Origin: Heptranchias perlo
Lineage: Eukaryota
Length of the DNA: 64,000 bases
NCBI RefSeq assembly: GCF_035084215.1
Contig: NC_090325.1
Coordinates: 51,212,001-51,276,000 of the forward strand
Direction: 5' to 3'
The position numbers and the translations under genes were made by a program. Each line of letters opens with the position of its first letter. The stretch's first letter is position 1. The notes beneath the pieces were generated by a model. The model ran no database searches, was not told the origin of the DNA, and saw nothing but the letters and a program-made list of their open reading frames with translations. Below are positions 40,104-53,517 of the stretch, in pieces.

Positions 40104-40411
40104 GAATTTTTTGTTGTCCACTGAAAATGGCCTGTGGATGTCAGACAAGGGCAGGATCAGCCTTGGCTATGATCACCCGGTCCTTCCCTCTGGTCAAATA
40201 GCCCGGTGACACTCATTGTCTAGTCTCACACATAAAAATAGCCACTTGAACAAGCCAGCAAGTCAGCCAGCCAGGAAGACAGCCAGTTCCCAGGGACCAC
40301 AGTCCAGTAGTAGTTGTTACCTCCAGAAGAAAATAAACCATCTCCTTAAAAAATGTACAGCAATGATCCTCCTGGGCCACAAGGATCCTTAAGAAAATAT
40401 GTATACAAAAT

Positions 40412-40650
40412 GCATCTGATTTCCGCCAGCATTTGCTGGCGGGTTCGGCGCTATGGGGGCTTTAGTTAAAATCATGATGCGGCCACTGATGACGTCAGCA
40501 GACCGCAAAGCTGCCTGGAGCGGGTGGCCTCCACCCTGCCGGAATCCCAGCAGTGGATATGGTGTAGGGTGGGAACGCGTTGGTAACGCAGCGCAAACCC
40601 ATGCACGACTGCCCCGTTCGGGCTGAGTGGGATGGGTTAAAATCCGGGCT
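40412..40650. mobile_element. Probable short Harbinger-type MITE
   Basis: GC/CpG-rich island flanked by AAT on both sides, with weak inverted ends GCATCTGATTT / (rc) AGCCCGGATTTT. Confidence 0.45.
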
Positions 40651-40762
40651 AATATTATTACTGTGTGCCAATTTCAAAAAGTGCCAGGACTAGGTGTCAA
40701 ATGTCTCAACCAGGAGAAGTGAAAACCTGTGTCATTTGTACCATTTAATCTCTCACTGGTAC

Positions 40763-40874
40763 CTTTAGCTCCGGCATCTCACTGATGAGTTGCAGAGGTA
40801 GTTTGATATTTGCACTATCATTGAAGTGGCGTGTGACAATCTGTGGTGCCAACGCATGGTATCTGTGATACAAC
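40763..40874 (-). CDS. CIB2/CIB3-like, exon 3
   Basis: 112 nt, ctttcag acceptor, AAG|gtacc donor. Translates LYHRYHALAPQIVTRHFNDSANIKLPLQLISEMPELK. Confidence 0.93.
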
Positions 40875-41946
40875 CTGAAAGAGAACAGAGGTACAGCAAT
40901 TAATGGCAAAACTAAATGGATTAATTTTCCCCATGCTAATATGTCATAGGTAATGAGAAATGAAGAGGTTAGCATTGAAGTGTATCAATTTATTCTGCTG
41001 AATTGATCGGGGAAGATACACAAGTAGATCAATTTAAGGTCACTATCAAAATTTTACAAAAGAATTGTTTTAATAAAGAATTTAAATAATTGAGATGCGT
41101 TGGCATATTGTGCTGATGTAGGAATGAGCATCTAAGATTCATTGACCATAATATCATCAGCACTGAAATGTTCATTAAGATGTAGAAAAATTCAGTGACA
41201 CAAAAATATTGGATTTAACACCGTAAGTCATGATTAGGTGATGCCAAGTTTGGGTTTAAAAGCCAGAAGATTATAGGAGAAAGGAAAGAATTAAGGAGGT
41301 AAAGAGTTCCACAGGTTTCAGATCTTGCAAAATAATATGGTCGTTTAGGAGACTATGCAATAAATTTTGATTTCAACACAATGGGAATGTAAGATGGAGG
41401 CAGAGCTTACAGAACAGTGTAAGCTGTTTAGAAATTATAGTAGAAAACTGAAATTGAGAATAAAGAAATAGCATTTCCTAAATCTTTACATCTGTCTTTA
41501 GCCAGGAAGAGGAGGAAAAGTGCTTAAGTCAGTAGGAACAACAAAGAAGGGGCTAGATAGTAGGCAAGTAACACAAGATAATGTAAAAAAGTTAGTTGCT
41601 CTTAAAATTAACAAAGTACCTCATCCAGATCATTTACAACCCACTGGTCTTAAAGGAGGTGAGGATTTAAATTAATGAAGTTTAATCGATGTTTTTGTAA
41701 ATTTGCTAAATTAGAGAGAAATGTCTGAGGATTGAAAATTGGCTGATATAACACCTTACTTTAAAAAAGCGTTGAGATATGCTTGAAAACAATAGAGCAG
41801 TAAGTTCATGATCGTGTCTACTGCCAGCACTATGGTGGCAGTAATACATTCTGGTATTGCCACCGAAAGGATGTGGGAGGACAATACTCACCCAACCCTT
41901 TGTCTGGAATGTGTAATTTGATCCAGTCATTGTCAGGCAGGCTACA

Positions 41947-44900
41947 GAGTTCAGACAAGGCACAGCACTAACACTACCGAGTTCAGAGAGCAGACAGCGC
42001 TAACACAATGAGTTCAGAGAACGCACGGCGCTGACACCACCGAGTTCAGAGAACGCACGGCGCTGACACCACCGAGTTCAGAGAACACACAGCGCCGACA
42101 CCAAGTTCAGAGAACGCACGGCGCCGACACCACCGAGTTCAGAGAACGCACGGCGCCGACACCGAGTTCAGAGAACACACAGCGCCGACACCACCGAGTT
42201 CAGAGAACGCACGGCGCCGACACCACCGAGTTCAGAGAACACATGGCGCCGACACAGAGTTCAGAGAACGCACGGTGCCGACACCGAGTTCAGAGAACAC
42301 ACAACGCCGACACCACCGAGTTCAGAGAACACACAGCGCCGACACCACCGAGTTCAGAGAACGCACGCCGCTGACACCACCGAGTTCAGAGAACACACAG
42401 CGCCGACACCACCGAGTTCAGAGAACGCACGGCGCTGACACCACCGAGTTCAGAGAACACACAGCGCCGACACCACCGAGTTCAGAGAACGCACGGCGCT
42501 GACACCACCGAGTTCAGAGAACGCACGGCGCTGACACCACCGAGTTCAGAGAACACACAGCGCCGACACCGAGTTCAGAGAACACACAGCGCCGACACCA
42601 CCGAGTTCAGAGAACACACAGCGCCGACACCACCGAGTTCAGAGAACACACAGCGCCGACACCACCGAGTTCAGAGAACACACGGCGCCGACACAGAGTT
42701 CAGAGAACGCACGGTGCCGACACCGAGTTCAGAGAACACACAACGCCGACACCACCGAGTTCAGAGAACACACAGCGCCGACACCACCGAGTTCAGAGAA
42801 CGCACGGCGCCGACACCACCGAGTTCAGAGAACACACAGCGCCGACACCACCGAGTTCAGAGAACACACAGCGCCGACACCACCGAGTTCAGAGAACGCA
42901 CGGTGCCGACACCGAGTTCAGAGAACACACAACGCCGACACCACCGAGTTCAGAGAACACACGGCGCCGACACCACCGAGTTCAGAGAACACACGGCGCC
43001 GACACCACCGAGTTCAGAGAACACACGGCGCCGACACCACCGAGTTCAGAGAACACACGGCGCCGACACCACCGAGTTCAGAGAAAACACAGCGCCGACA
43101 CCACCGAGTTCAGAGAACACACGGCGCCGACACCACCGAGTTCAGAGAACGCACGGCGCCGACACCGAGTTCAGAGAACGCACGGCGCCGACACCGAGTT
43201 CAGAGAACGCACGGCGCCGACACCGAGTTCAGAGAACGCACGGCGCCGACACCGAGTTCAGAGAACACACAGCGCCGACACCACCGAGTTCAGAGAACAC
43301 ACAGCGCCGACACCACCGAGTTCAGAGAACACACGGCGCCGACACCACCGAGTTCAGAGAACGCACGGCGCCGACACCGAGTTCAGAGAACGCACGGCGC
43401 CGACACCGAGTTCAGAGAACGCACAGCGCTGACACCACCGAGTTCAGAGAACGCACGGCGCTGACACCAAGTTCAGAGAACGCACGGCGCTGACACCAAG
43501 TTCAGAGAACGCACGGCGCTGACACCACCGAGTTCAGAGAACGCACAGCGCCGACACAGAGTTCAGAGAACGCACGGTGCCGACACCGAGTTCAGAGAAC
43601 ACACAACGCCGACACCACCGAGTTCAGAGAACGCACGGCACTGACACCACCGAGTTCAGAGAACACACGGCGCCGACACCACCGAGTTAAGAGAACGCAC
43701 GGCGCTGACACCACCGAGTTCAGAGAACAAACAGCGCCGACACCACCGAGTTCAGAGAACACACAGCGCCGACACCACCGAGTTCAGAGAACACACGGCG
43801 CCGACACCACCGAGTTCAGAGAACACACGGCGCCGACACAGAGTTCAGAGAACGCACGGTGCCGACACTGAGTTCAGAGAACACAAAACGCCGACACCAC
43901 CGAGTTCGGAGAACGCACAGCGCCGACACCACCGAGTTCGGAGAACACACAACGCCGACACCACCGAGTTCAGAGAACACACAGCGCCGACACCACCGAG
44001 TTCAGAGAACACACAGCGCCGACACCACCGAGTTCAGAGAACACACAGCGCCGACACCACCGAGTTCAGAGAACACACAGCGCCGACACCACCGAGTTCA
44101 GAGAACGCACGGCGCCGACACCGAGTTCAGAGAACGCACAGCGCTGACACCACCGAGTTCAGAGAACGCACGGCGCTGACACCAAGTTCAGAGAACGCAC
44201 GGCGCTGACACCAAGTTCAGAGAACGCACGGCGCTGACACCACCGAGTTCAGAGAACGCACAGCGCCGACACCGAGTTCAGAGAACGCACAGCGCTGACA
44301 CCACCGAGTTCAGAGAACGCACGGCGCTGACACCAAGTTCAGAGAACGCACGGCGCTGACACCAAGTTCAGAGAACGCACGGCGCTGACACCACCGAGTT
44401 CAGAGAACGCACAGCGCCGACACCGAGTTCAGAGAACGCACAGCGCTGACACCACCGAGTTCAGAGAACGCACGGCGCCGACACCACCGAGTTCAGAGAA
44501 CACACGGCGCCGACACAGAGTTCAGAGAACGCACGGTGCCGACACCACCGAGTTCGGAGAACACACAACGCCGACACCACCGAGTTCAGAGAACACACAG
44601 CGCCGACACCACCGAGTTCAGAGAACACACAGCGCCGACACCACCGAGTTCAGAGAACACACAGCGCCGACACCACCGAGTTCAGAGAACGCACGGCGCC
44701 GACACCGAGTTCAGAGAACACACAGCGCTGACACCACCGAGTTCAGAGAACGCACGGCGCTGACACCAAGTTCAGAGAACGCACGGCGCTGACACCAAGT
44801 TCAGAGAACGCACGGCGCTGACACCAAGTTCAGAGAACGCACGGCGCTGACACCACCGAGTTCAGAGAACGCACAGCGCCGACACCGAGTTCAGAGAACG

Positions 44901-46485
44901 CACAGCGCTGACACCACCGAGTTCAGAGAACGCACGGCGCTGACACCAAGTTCAGAGAACGCACGGCGCTGACACCAAGTTCAGAGAACGCACGGCGCTG
45001 ACACCACCGAGTTCAGAGAACACACGGCGCCGACACCGAGTTCAGAGAACACACGGCGCCGACACCACCGAGTTCGGAGAACGCACGGCGCCGACACCAC
45101 CGAGTTCAGAGAACACACAGCGCCGACACCACCGAGTTCAGAGAACGCACGGCGATGACACCACCGAGTTCGGAGAACGCACAGCGCTGACACCACCGAG
45201 TTCAGAGAACACACAGCGCCGACACCACCGAGTTCGGAGAACGCACAGCGCTGACACCACCGAGTTCAGAGAACACACAGCGCCGACACCACCGAGTTCA
45301 GAGAACACACGGCGCCGACACCACCGAGTTCAGAGAACACACAGCGCCGACACCACCGAGTTCAGAGAACACACAGCGCCGACACCACCGAGTTCGGAGA
45401 ACACACGGCGCCGACACCACCGAGTTCAGAGAACACACGGCGCCGACACCACCGAGTTCAGAGAACACACGGCGCCGACACCACTGAGTTCGGAGAACGC
45501 ACGGCGCCGACACCACCGAGTTCGGAGAACGCACGGCGCCGACACCACCGAGTTCAGAGAACTCACAGCGCCGACACCACCGAGTTCAGAGAACGTACGG
45601 CGCCGACACCACCGAGTTCAGAGAACGCACGGCGCCGACACCGCCTCGGGTTCAGAGAACGCACGGCGCCGACACCGCCCCGAGTTCAGAGAACGCACGG
45701 CGCCGACACCGCCCCGAGTTCAGAGAACGCACGGCGCCGACACCGCCCCGAGTTCAGAGAACGCACGGCGCCGACACCGCCCCGAGTTCAGAGAACGCAC
45801 GGCGCCGACACCGCCCCGAGTTCAGAGAACGCACGGCGCCGACACCGCCCCGAGTTCAGAGAACGCACGGCGCCGACACCGCCCCGAGTTCAGAGAACGC
45901 ACGGCGCCGACACCGCCCCGAGTTCAGAGAACGCACGGCGCCGACACCGCCCCGAGTTCAGAGAACGCACGGCGCCGACACCGCCTCGAGTTCAGAGAAC
46001 GCACGGCGATGACATCCCCCGAGTTCGGGGAACGTACGGTGCCGACACCACCTCGAGTTCAGAGAACGCACGGCGATGACAGCCCCCGAGTTCAGAGAAC
46101 GCACGGCGCCGACACCGCCCCGAGTTCAGAGAACGCACGGCGCCGACACCGCCCCGAGTTCAGAGAACGCACGGCGCCGACACCGCCCCGAGTTCAGAGA
46201 ACGCACGGCGCCGACACCGCCCCGAGTTCAGAGAACGCACGGCGCCGACACCGCCCCGAGTTCAGAGAACGCACGGCGCCGACACCGCCTCGAGTTCAGA
46301 GAACGCACGGCGATGACATCCCCCGAGTTCGGGGAACGTACGGTGCCGACACCACCTCGAGTTCAGAGAACGCACGGCGATGACAGCCCCCGAGTTCGGG
46401 GAACGTACGGTGCCGACACCACCCCGAGTTCAGAGAACGCACGGCGATGACAGCCCCCGAGTTCGGGGAACGTACGGTGCCGACA
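41947..46485. repeat. Minisatellite, about 4.5 kb, 29/32/34-bp units GAGTTCAGAGAACRCACRGCGCYGACACC(ACC|GCCCC)
   Basis: Roughly 140 head-to-tail units are directly visible, with degenerate units at the left edge. Confidence 0.97.
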
Positions 46486-46797
46486 GTGGAGGGGTCGAGA
46501 GAGGTGGTGGTGAGGTAGAGCTGAGTGTCATCATTGTACATGTGGAACCTAATGTTGTGTTTTCGGATGATGTCGCCGAGGGGCAGCATGTAGATGAGAA
46601 ATAGGAGGGGGCCACGGATAGATCTGTGAGGAACTCCAGAGTTAATGGTGCGGGAGTGGGAAGAGAAGCCATTGCAGGTGGTTCTCCGGCCACGACTGGA
46701 TAGATAAGAATGGAACCAGGCGAGCGCAGTCCCATCCAGTTGGACGACAGAGGAGAAGCGTTGGAGGAGGATGGTGTGGTCAACTGTGTCAAAGGCT
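46486..46797 (-). mobile_element. L2 RT fragment abutting the minisatellite
   Basis: MLPLGDIIRKHNIRFHMYNDDTQLYLTT. Confidence 0.85.
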
Positions 46798-47339
46798 CAT
46801 CCAGACAAGTGGTTAGAATTCCATCACACTCCTGACTTGAACCTTGTTGATGGTCGATAGTCTTGGAAGAGTCAGAAGATGAGCACTAATACCATAGTAC
46901 TGAGCCTCTGCCATGCTCTTGTAGTCACATTGTTGATGTGGCTGGTCCAGTAAACCTTCTGGTCAACGTTGAGCCTCAAGATATTGATGGTGGGGTAATT
47001 GGAAATGGTGATACTACTGAAGGTCAGGGGAGAAGGTTGGTTTATTTCTTGATGGAGATAGTTATTGCCTCAGACTTAGGTGCAAAAGTTACCTGCCGCT
47101 GGTCAGTTGAAATTATGTGAATAATTTGATTCCTGTTGTCACAGACCAGCTGCATATTGATGGGCAGGTAGCCCTTTCTGTCCATGAATGGAGTAGCATT
47201 GGGGATAGGGCAGGTTGGCTACATGAATACAGACAATAATGTCCTGCACTCTGGGGTATCTTGCCTCATGGTAGAAGTGCAAAGCTCTTTCCTACTGCTG
47301 GCTGCTTTACAAAGAGAAACTGATGAATTAATTGGCTCT

Positions 47340-47715
47340 AGCAAACAATCTAATTGAAGTGTTTAAGATGATTAAAGGAGTTGATAGGGTAGATAGAAAC
47401 TATTCCCTCTGGTGGGAGAGTCCAGAGCAAGAGGGCATAACCTTAAAATTAGAGCTAGTCCATTCAGGGGTGATGTCACTTCTTCATACAAAGGGTAGTG
47501 GAAATTTGGAACTCCCTCCAACAAAAAGCTGTTGAGGCTAGGTTAATTGAAAATTTCAAAACTGAGATTGATAGAGTTTTGTTAGGCAAGGGTATTAAGG
47601 GTTACCGAACCGAAGCGGGTAGATGGAGTTAAGATACAGATCAGCCATGATCTAATTGAATGGCGGATCAGGCTCGAGGGGCTGAATGGCCTACTCGTGT
47701 TCCTATGTTCCTAAC
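47340..47715 (+). mobile_element. CR1 3' fragment
   Basis: LIEVFKMIKG and a CR1 3' UTR ending TTCCTATGTTCCT. Confidence 0.85.
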
Positions 47716-48904
47716 GTGTTAGTGGCCTGCATGGTACGAGTGCACGCTGAAGGTTAACAGATGTGACAGAAATCTGGGTTTGCTCAGAATCAACCCTTTA
47801 CATAAAAGTTCAATAGAACTGTAACCCTAACAACCACTGACAGAAGCATCCCTCTCCTACAAATGCTTCCCAAGGCTGGTTGTAGGGTTATGCATAGTTC
47901 AGTTATGGCCTTCTTCGAAAATCTTAGTCTCCCACAGCCAAGTAGCTTCAGACAGAGCCTGGTCAGGACACGAGACGCGACATAAGCTTTAGCTGGTTTA
48001 ATTCCTTTCGGTGCTGAATCCTAATCTGCCCTCCCAAAAGCTGTATATTAACACTATATTTAACACTAATTGAGCTGAATATAACCCAATAGCAATATCT
48101 TAATATAAATTACCTAAAATGCCTCTTAAGTTAAATAATCAAAAATGCCAAAAGGTGACAGCCATAAAGAGGTTTTTTTTAACAAAATAAACCTTTCCTC
48201 ATCTGCAACTCACAATACCTGCGATTTAGATGCTATTTCAAAATCCTTGCTGACAATGGGAATGACACAAATGGTGCACTCTATTTACCTCAATATGCAT
48301 TTATTTAATGTGTGCAGGATATTTGATCATCATCAGTCCGCTGTGGAGAAAAGGTCATGATTTGTATCCATCCGGCTTAGTCTCGGGCAGCATCTAAAAT
48401 ATCAAACTCAGTCTTCTCATTATCACAATTCAGCACTGAGATTTATTTGCATTGGAGGGGTTTCACCCTCCCTTGGGGTTGCCTCCCATGAGAAGGTTGG
48501 TAAAGTGCAAAAGCATTTTCCGGTTCTGGCTTCCTTGTACTACACCCAACTCAGGAAGCTTTCAGATAAGAATAAATAGTTTTATTAGTAATTTGATCTA
48601 GTATGAATTTAATTCCAAGCATAATCCAATAGTAGAACCTTCCCTCCTCCCACGACTCTCCCTTCCATTTCCTAATGGCTTGTTAATTTTGAGTTGAACT
48701 AGATGCAGCTTGCTTTCTTGAGCCTGGAAATTACTGTTACCTATATTAGTACACAAGTACTTAATGTGTTGTTATGACATTCCTCTATCTGCTATTTTAA
48801 TGCAGGCATTAAATGATTTACTTTAAATAGATTAGCGCGTCATAAAATAGTGGACAAAGGAATGTCATACAAATATATTAAGCATCTAATATTACCAATT
48901 AAAA

Positions 48905-49346
48905 TGTCAGCTGTGGCTCAGTGGTAGCATTCTCGCCTCTGAGTCAGAAGGTTGTAGGTTCAAGTCCCACGCCACAAGGCATGAGCACAAAATCTAGGCT
49001 GACAGTCCAGTGCAGTACTGAGGAAGTGCTGCACTGTCGGAGGTGCTGTCCTTCAGATGAGATGTTAAACTGTGGCCCTCTCAAGTGGATGTAAAAGATC
49101 CAATGGCACTATTTCGAAGGAGAAATGGGGAGTTCTCCCTGGTGTCCTGGCCAATATTTTTATCCCTCAACCAACATTATTAAGCAGATTATCTGGTCAT
49201 TATCATATTGTTGTTTTTGGGACCTGGCTGTGCGCAAATTGGCTGCCACATTTCCTACATTACAATAGTGGCTACATTGTTAAAGTACTGCACTGGCTGT
49301 AAAGCACACTGGGATGTCCTGAGGTCATGAAAGGCGCTATATAAAT
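48905..49346 (+). mobile_element. tRNA-derived Deu-SINE (SacSINE1-like), full length
   Basis: Pol III A box TGGCTCAGTGG, B box GGTTCAAGTCC, Deu core GGTGTCCTGGCCAATATTT, L2-like tail AAAGGCGCTATATAAAT. Confidence 0.85.
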
Positions 49347-51344
49347 AGAATCATGGAATGGTCACAGCACAGAAGGAGGGCATTCGGCCCGTCGAGCTCG
49401 TGCCAGCTCTCCAAGAGCAGTCCAGCTAGTCCCACTCCCCTGCCCTTTCCCCGTAGTCATGGAAATTTTTTCCCCTCAAGTACTTATCCAATTCCTGTTT
49501 GAAAGCCATGATTGAATCTGTCTCCACCACCCTCTCAAACAGTGCATTTCAGATCCTAACCACTTGCTGTGTAAAAAAGTTTTTCCTCATGTTGCCTTTG
49601 GTTCTTTTGCCAATCATTTAAGTCTAAGTCCTCAGATTCTTGACCCTTCTGCCAATGGGAACAGTTTCACTCTATCTACTCTGTCTAGATCTTTTGTGAT
49701 TTTGGATACCTCTATCAAATCTCCTCTCAACCTTCTCTACTCTAAGGAGATCAACCCCAGCTTCTCCAGTCTATCCATGTAACTGAAGTCCTTCATCCCT
49801 GGAACCATTCTAGTAACTCCCTCTAAGGCCTTCACATCCTTCTGAAAGTACAGTGCCCAGAATTGGTCACAATACTCCAGTTGTGGTTGAACCAGTGTTT
49901 TATAAAGGTGCATCATCACTTCCCTGCTTTTGTACTCTATGCCTCCATTTATAAAGCCCAGGATCCTGTATGCTTTTTTAACTGCTTTCTCAACCTGCCC
50001 TGCCACCTTCAAAGATTTGTGCACATATACTCCCCGGTCTCTCTGTTCCTGCACCACTTTTAGAATTGTACACTTTAGTTTATATTGCCCCTCCTCGTTC
50101 TTCCTATCAAAATGTATCACTTCACACTTTTCTGCATTAAATTTCATCTGCCACGTGTTCGCCCATTCCACCAGCCTGTCTATGTCATCTTGAAGTCTAT
50201 CATTATCCTCCTCACTTACCCCATATTTCCATTTTCACTTCCCCTCTGAACTTTCCATATTCAGCCTGGTTCTTATTTGTGTTATCAATCTGAAATCTGT
50301 CATACGCCCCTTTTTTCTGCTTCATCTTACTCTATCTCTTTCATCATCTAGGGAGCTCTGGCTTTGGTTGCCCTACCTTTCCCCCTCGTGGGAATGTACC
50401 TTGACTGTGCCTGAACCATTACTTCTTTAAAGGCCGTCCATTGTTCAATTACAGTTTTGCCTGACAATCTTTGATTTGAATTTACCCAGGCCAGATCCGT
50501 TCTCAACACACTGAAATTGGTTCTCCTCCAATTGAGTATTTTTACTCTAGATTGTTCCTTGTCCTTTTCCATAGCTAATCTAAACCTTATGATACTATGA
50601 TCGCTGTTCCTTAAATGTTCCCCCATTGACACTTGCTCCACTTGGCCCACTTCATTCCCCAGAACCAGATCCAGCAATACCTCCTTCCTCGTTGGGCCGG
50701 AAACATACTGGTCAAGAAAGATCTCCTGAACACACTTCAAAAATTCCTCCCCCTCTTTGCCCTTTACACTTTAACTATCCCAGTCTATATTAGGGTAGTT
50801 GAAGTTCCTCATTATCACTACTCTATGGCTCTTGCACCTCTCTGTAATTTCCCTGCAAATTTGCTCCTCTATATTCTTCCCACTAGTTGGTGGCCTATAG
50901 AATACCCCCAGTAGTGTAATGGCGCCTCTATTGTTTCTTAACTCTAACCAAATAGATTGTGTCCTTGACCCCTCCAGGACATCCTCTCTCTCCAGCACTG
51001 CAATATTCTCCTTAATCAATACTGCCATCCCCCCCGCCTTTCTTTCCTTCTCTATCTATCTTGATCACCTTGGGGGGAAAAATTAGATAAGGGTCCGTTC
51101 TGGGCGATGGTACCACCCCGTGCCCAACGGATCCCTATGCAAGCAGCATGTGAACTTCATGCTGCCTGATACTTACCATGAAATCTCCATGCAGCAAGCG
51201 CAGCCCTCTCTGCTGAGAGGCTGCACGGAGAATGAGGAAGTTGGAAATGGGGCGTGGACAGCGCATGTCATCAGCAGCCTGCATTACTTAAAGGTGCAGG
51301 GACATTTCGAATGGCAGATACACAGCCAAGTAGGAGAAGGGAAA

Positions 51345-53164
51345 ATGGCATCACGAGTAGCTGCACCAGCAAGAGAGCGGGCACCAAGATTCTCGGACGA
51401 TGCTCTGGAGGCCCTAGTGGAAGGTGTGGACCACCCGCATGGTGTCCGAGACCGTCCAGACTACAGCTGCGTAGGCATTGGCAGGCTGGCACAGGAGGTG
51501 AATGCCAGGAGCATTGCACCACGCACGTGGGTGCAGTGCCGCAAGAAATTTAATGATTTGACACGAGTGGTCAAGGTGAGTGAATGCAAGTGTCAAGTGG
51601 CACATCCTACCAACTGCAACAATACTCCATGCACGACACCTCCCGTCACCCACCCACCCACCAACAAACACTACCCATCCATACGCAATGCTGCATCTTA
51701 CCCACACATTGCACACACTTGCAGGTCACACAACCACCACTCAAGTCACACAAACTGGGAACTATTTGACCATGACAGGCACATCACCCACACACCTTAC
51801 AGGACACTCACTGACACAGTGTCCTCTGTTTTGCAGGAGAAGGTGGCGTATAACAACCGGCAGCAGGAGGGACCTGAGGCTGGACGGGCATGTCTACACG
51901 TCTTCCCCCCCCCCCCCCCACCCCCGGCCCCAGAGGAGATGGTGCTGCACCCGTCACAACGTGCCACGCTGGAGGTCCCGGTCAAGGGGATCTCTCCATT
52001 TCTACTGCTCCTTTTCCTTTTCCACATCTCCCTCCTCCCATAATCTTTTCTGACTCACGTGCTGCACATGCTGCCAGCATGCACCTCTTACTTGCTTCTC
52101 TCCCCGCTCCACAACTCAACCTGTTTCCCTTTGTCATTGCAGATACCCAAGAACACGTGACGGCACAGGAGGAGGAGGAGGAGGAGGAGGAGGACGCTGA
52201 AGCCACACCGTGACTCGATCTGACACTTGCTTCCACCAGCTCAGAGACTGACACTGTGCGTCCTTTAGAGGTTAGGTTAGTGGAGGGATCTGCATGTGGT
52301 GAGACACCGAGCACAAGTGCACAGGAGCCGGGGCGGAGGGAACGGATATCACCAGAGCCAACTCACCGGAGGGTGAGGTCGCTCACTAGTTCTGCTGCAG
52401 AGGAGTCAGATGAGGACTTTGATGGGCCAGGCTACAGAAGACGGCTGATGGGCGTACACCACCAAATGCTTGGGGCACTGGAATGCCTGCCAGAAAGCCT
52501 GCGCATAATGAGAAGGGGCATGGAGCAGTCCAGCTCCAACTTGGCACAGGGCTTTGCGCAGAGCTTGGAGCCCATCCTTTCCAACATGGAACGGGTGGTC
52601 ACCTCCATCAGTGCACTTGTGGAACCCACCATGATGCAGCGTCTGATGACTGATGTCACAGCTTCCATTGCAGTACAAACATCTGTCGTCCAAGGTCTGA
52701 CTGCTGCATTTGCAGCTCAGACTGCTGTCTTGGAAGCTCGGACTGCTGCTATCATGGCTCTGGGGACCACTGCGGAACGGGGCTTCCTGGGCATCACAGC
52801 ACTCCAGCAATCCGTTCACCAGCCGATTACCAGGATTGCTGAGGCGCCACCCCGGGAGAGTGGCAGTGGCGCCATGGCAGTCGGACCTGCTGTACTTTCT
52901 CAGGACGACAGTATTCCTGCTCCCACCCCTGCCACTCCGCCAGTGCCCCTGTTGTTGCCTCTCAGCCAGCTAGGCCAGACTGCTGCAGCCCATGCTGAGA
53001 TGATGCAGTCTGAAGCCGGGCCCTCCAGGCCCAGAGCTGCTCAAGGTCGTCCTCCAAGGCCATCTGGACGTTCCTCCATTGAAGGCCAGCAACCTTCCAC
53101 CACCCATGCTCCAGCCACTGGGGAAGCACCTTGTAGGAGCACTAGGATAGTTAAAGGCACATGA
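51345..53164 (+). pseudogene. Harbinger Myb/SANT-like gene, degenerate and spliced
   Basis: MASRVAAPARERAPRFSDDALEALVEGV...RTWVQCRKKFNDLTRVVK|gtgagt; ttgcag|EKVAYN; 302-aa ORF at 52256-53164. Disruptions in exons 1-3. TACTTAAA at 51285. Confidence 0.78.
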
Positions 53165-53517
53165 ACAACAGGCACTAAGGGAATGTACAAGGGTGAATAG
53201 TTCTGTTATGTTTGCATATTTTCATTTATTAATCCATAAATGAGAGTTTGATTTTGCATTTGATGGTGGTTTTTATTCATGCAATGAGCTGAGAGGGAAT
53301 CCAATGTGTAATCAGATGGAGGGCGATTTGATTGTCTTGTGGGAGGAGAAAGGTGGGAAATGTTGGACTGTTGGTGAGTTGGGGGATGTAGTTCCAATTA
53401 TTGATAGCGGGCACGGATCTGGCGAGCATGCTCAGCCCTTGCAGACAAGGCGTGTGGTTCCTGTTGCAACCTTGCATCTTCCTCCACATCCTCTTCCGGC
53501 TCCACCCCCTCCTCCTG

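Noticed and set aside
42275-46450. Repetitive ORFs (PTPPSSENTQRRHHRVQRTH...)
   Set aside because: These are by-products of a stop-poor tandem repeat, with no splice or domain evidence.
41947-46485. CRISPR array
   Set aside because: Units are head-to-tail with no unique spacers, there are no cas genes, and the context is a eukaryotic intron.
48905-48975. tRNA gene
   Set aside because: The A/B boxes run straight into a SINE body; it is a tRNA-derived SINE head.
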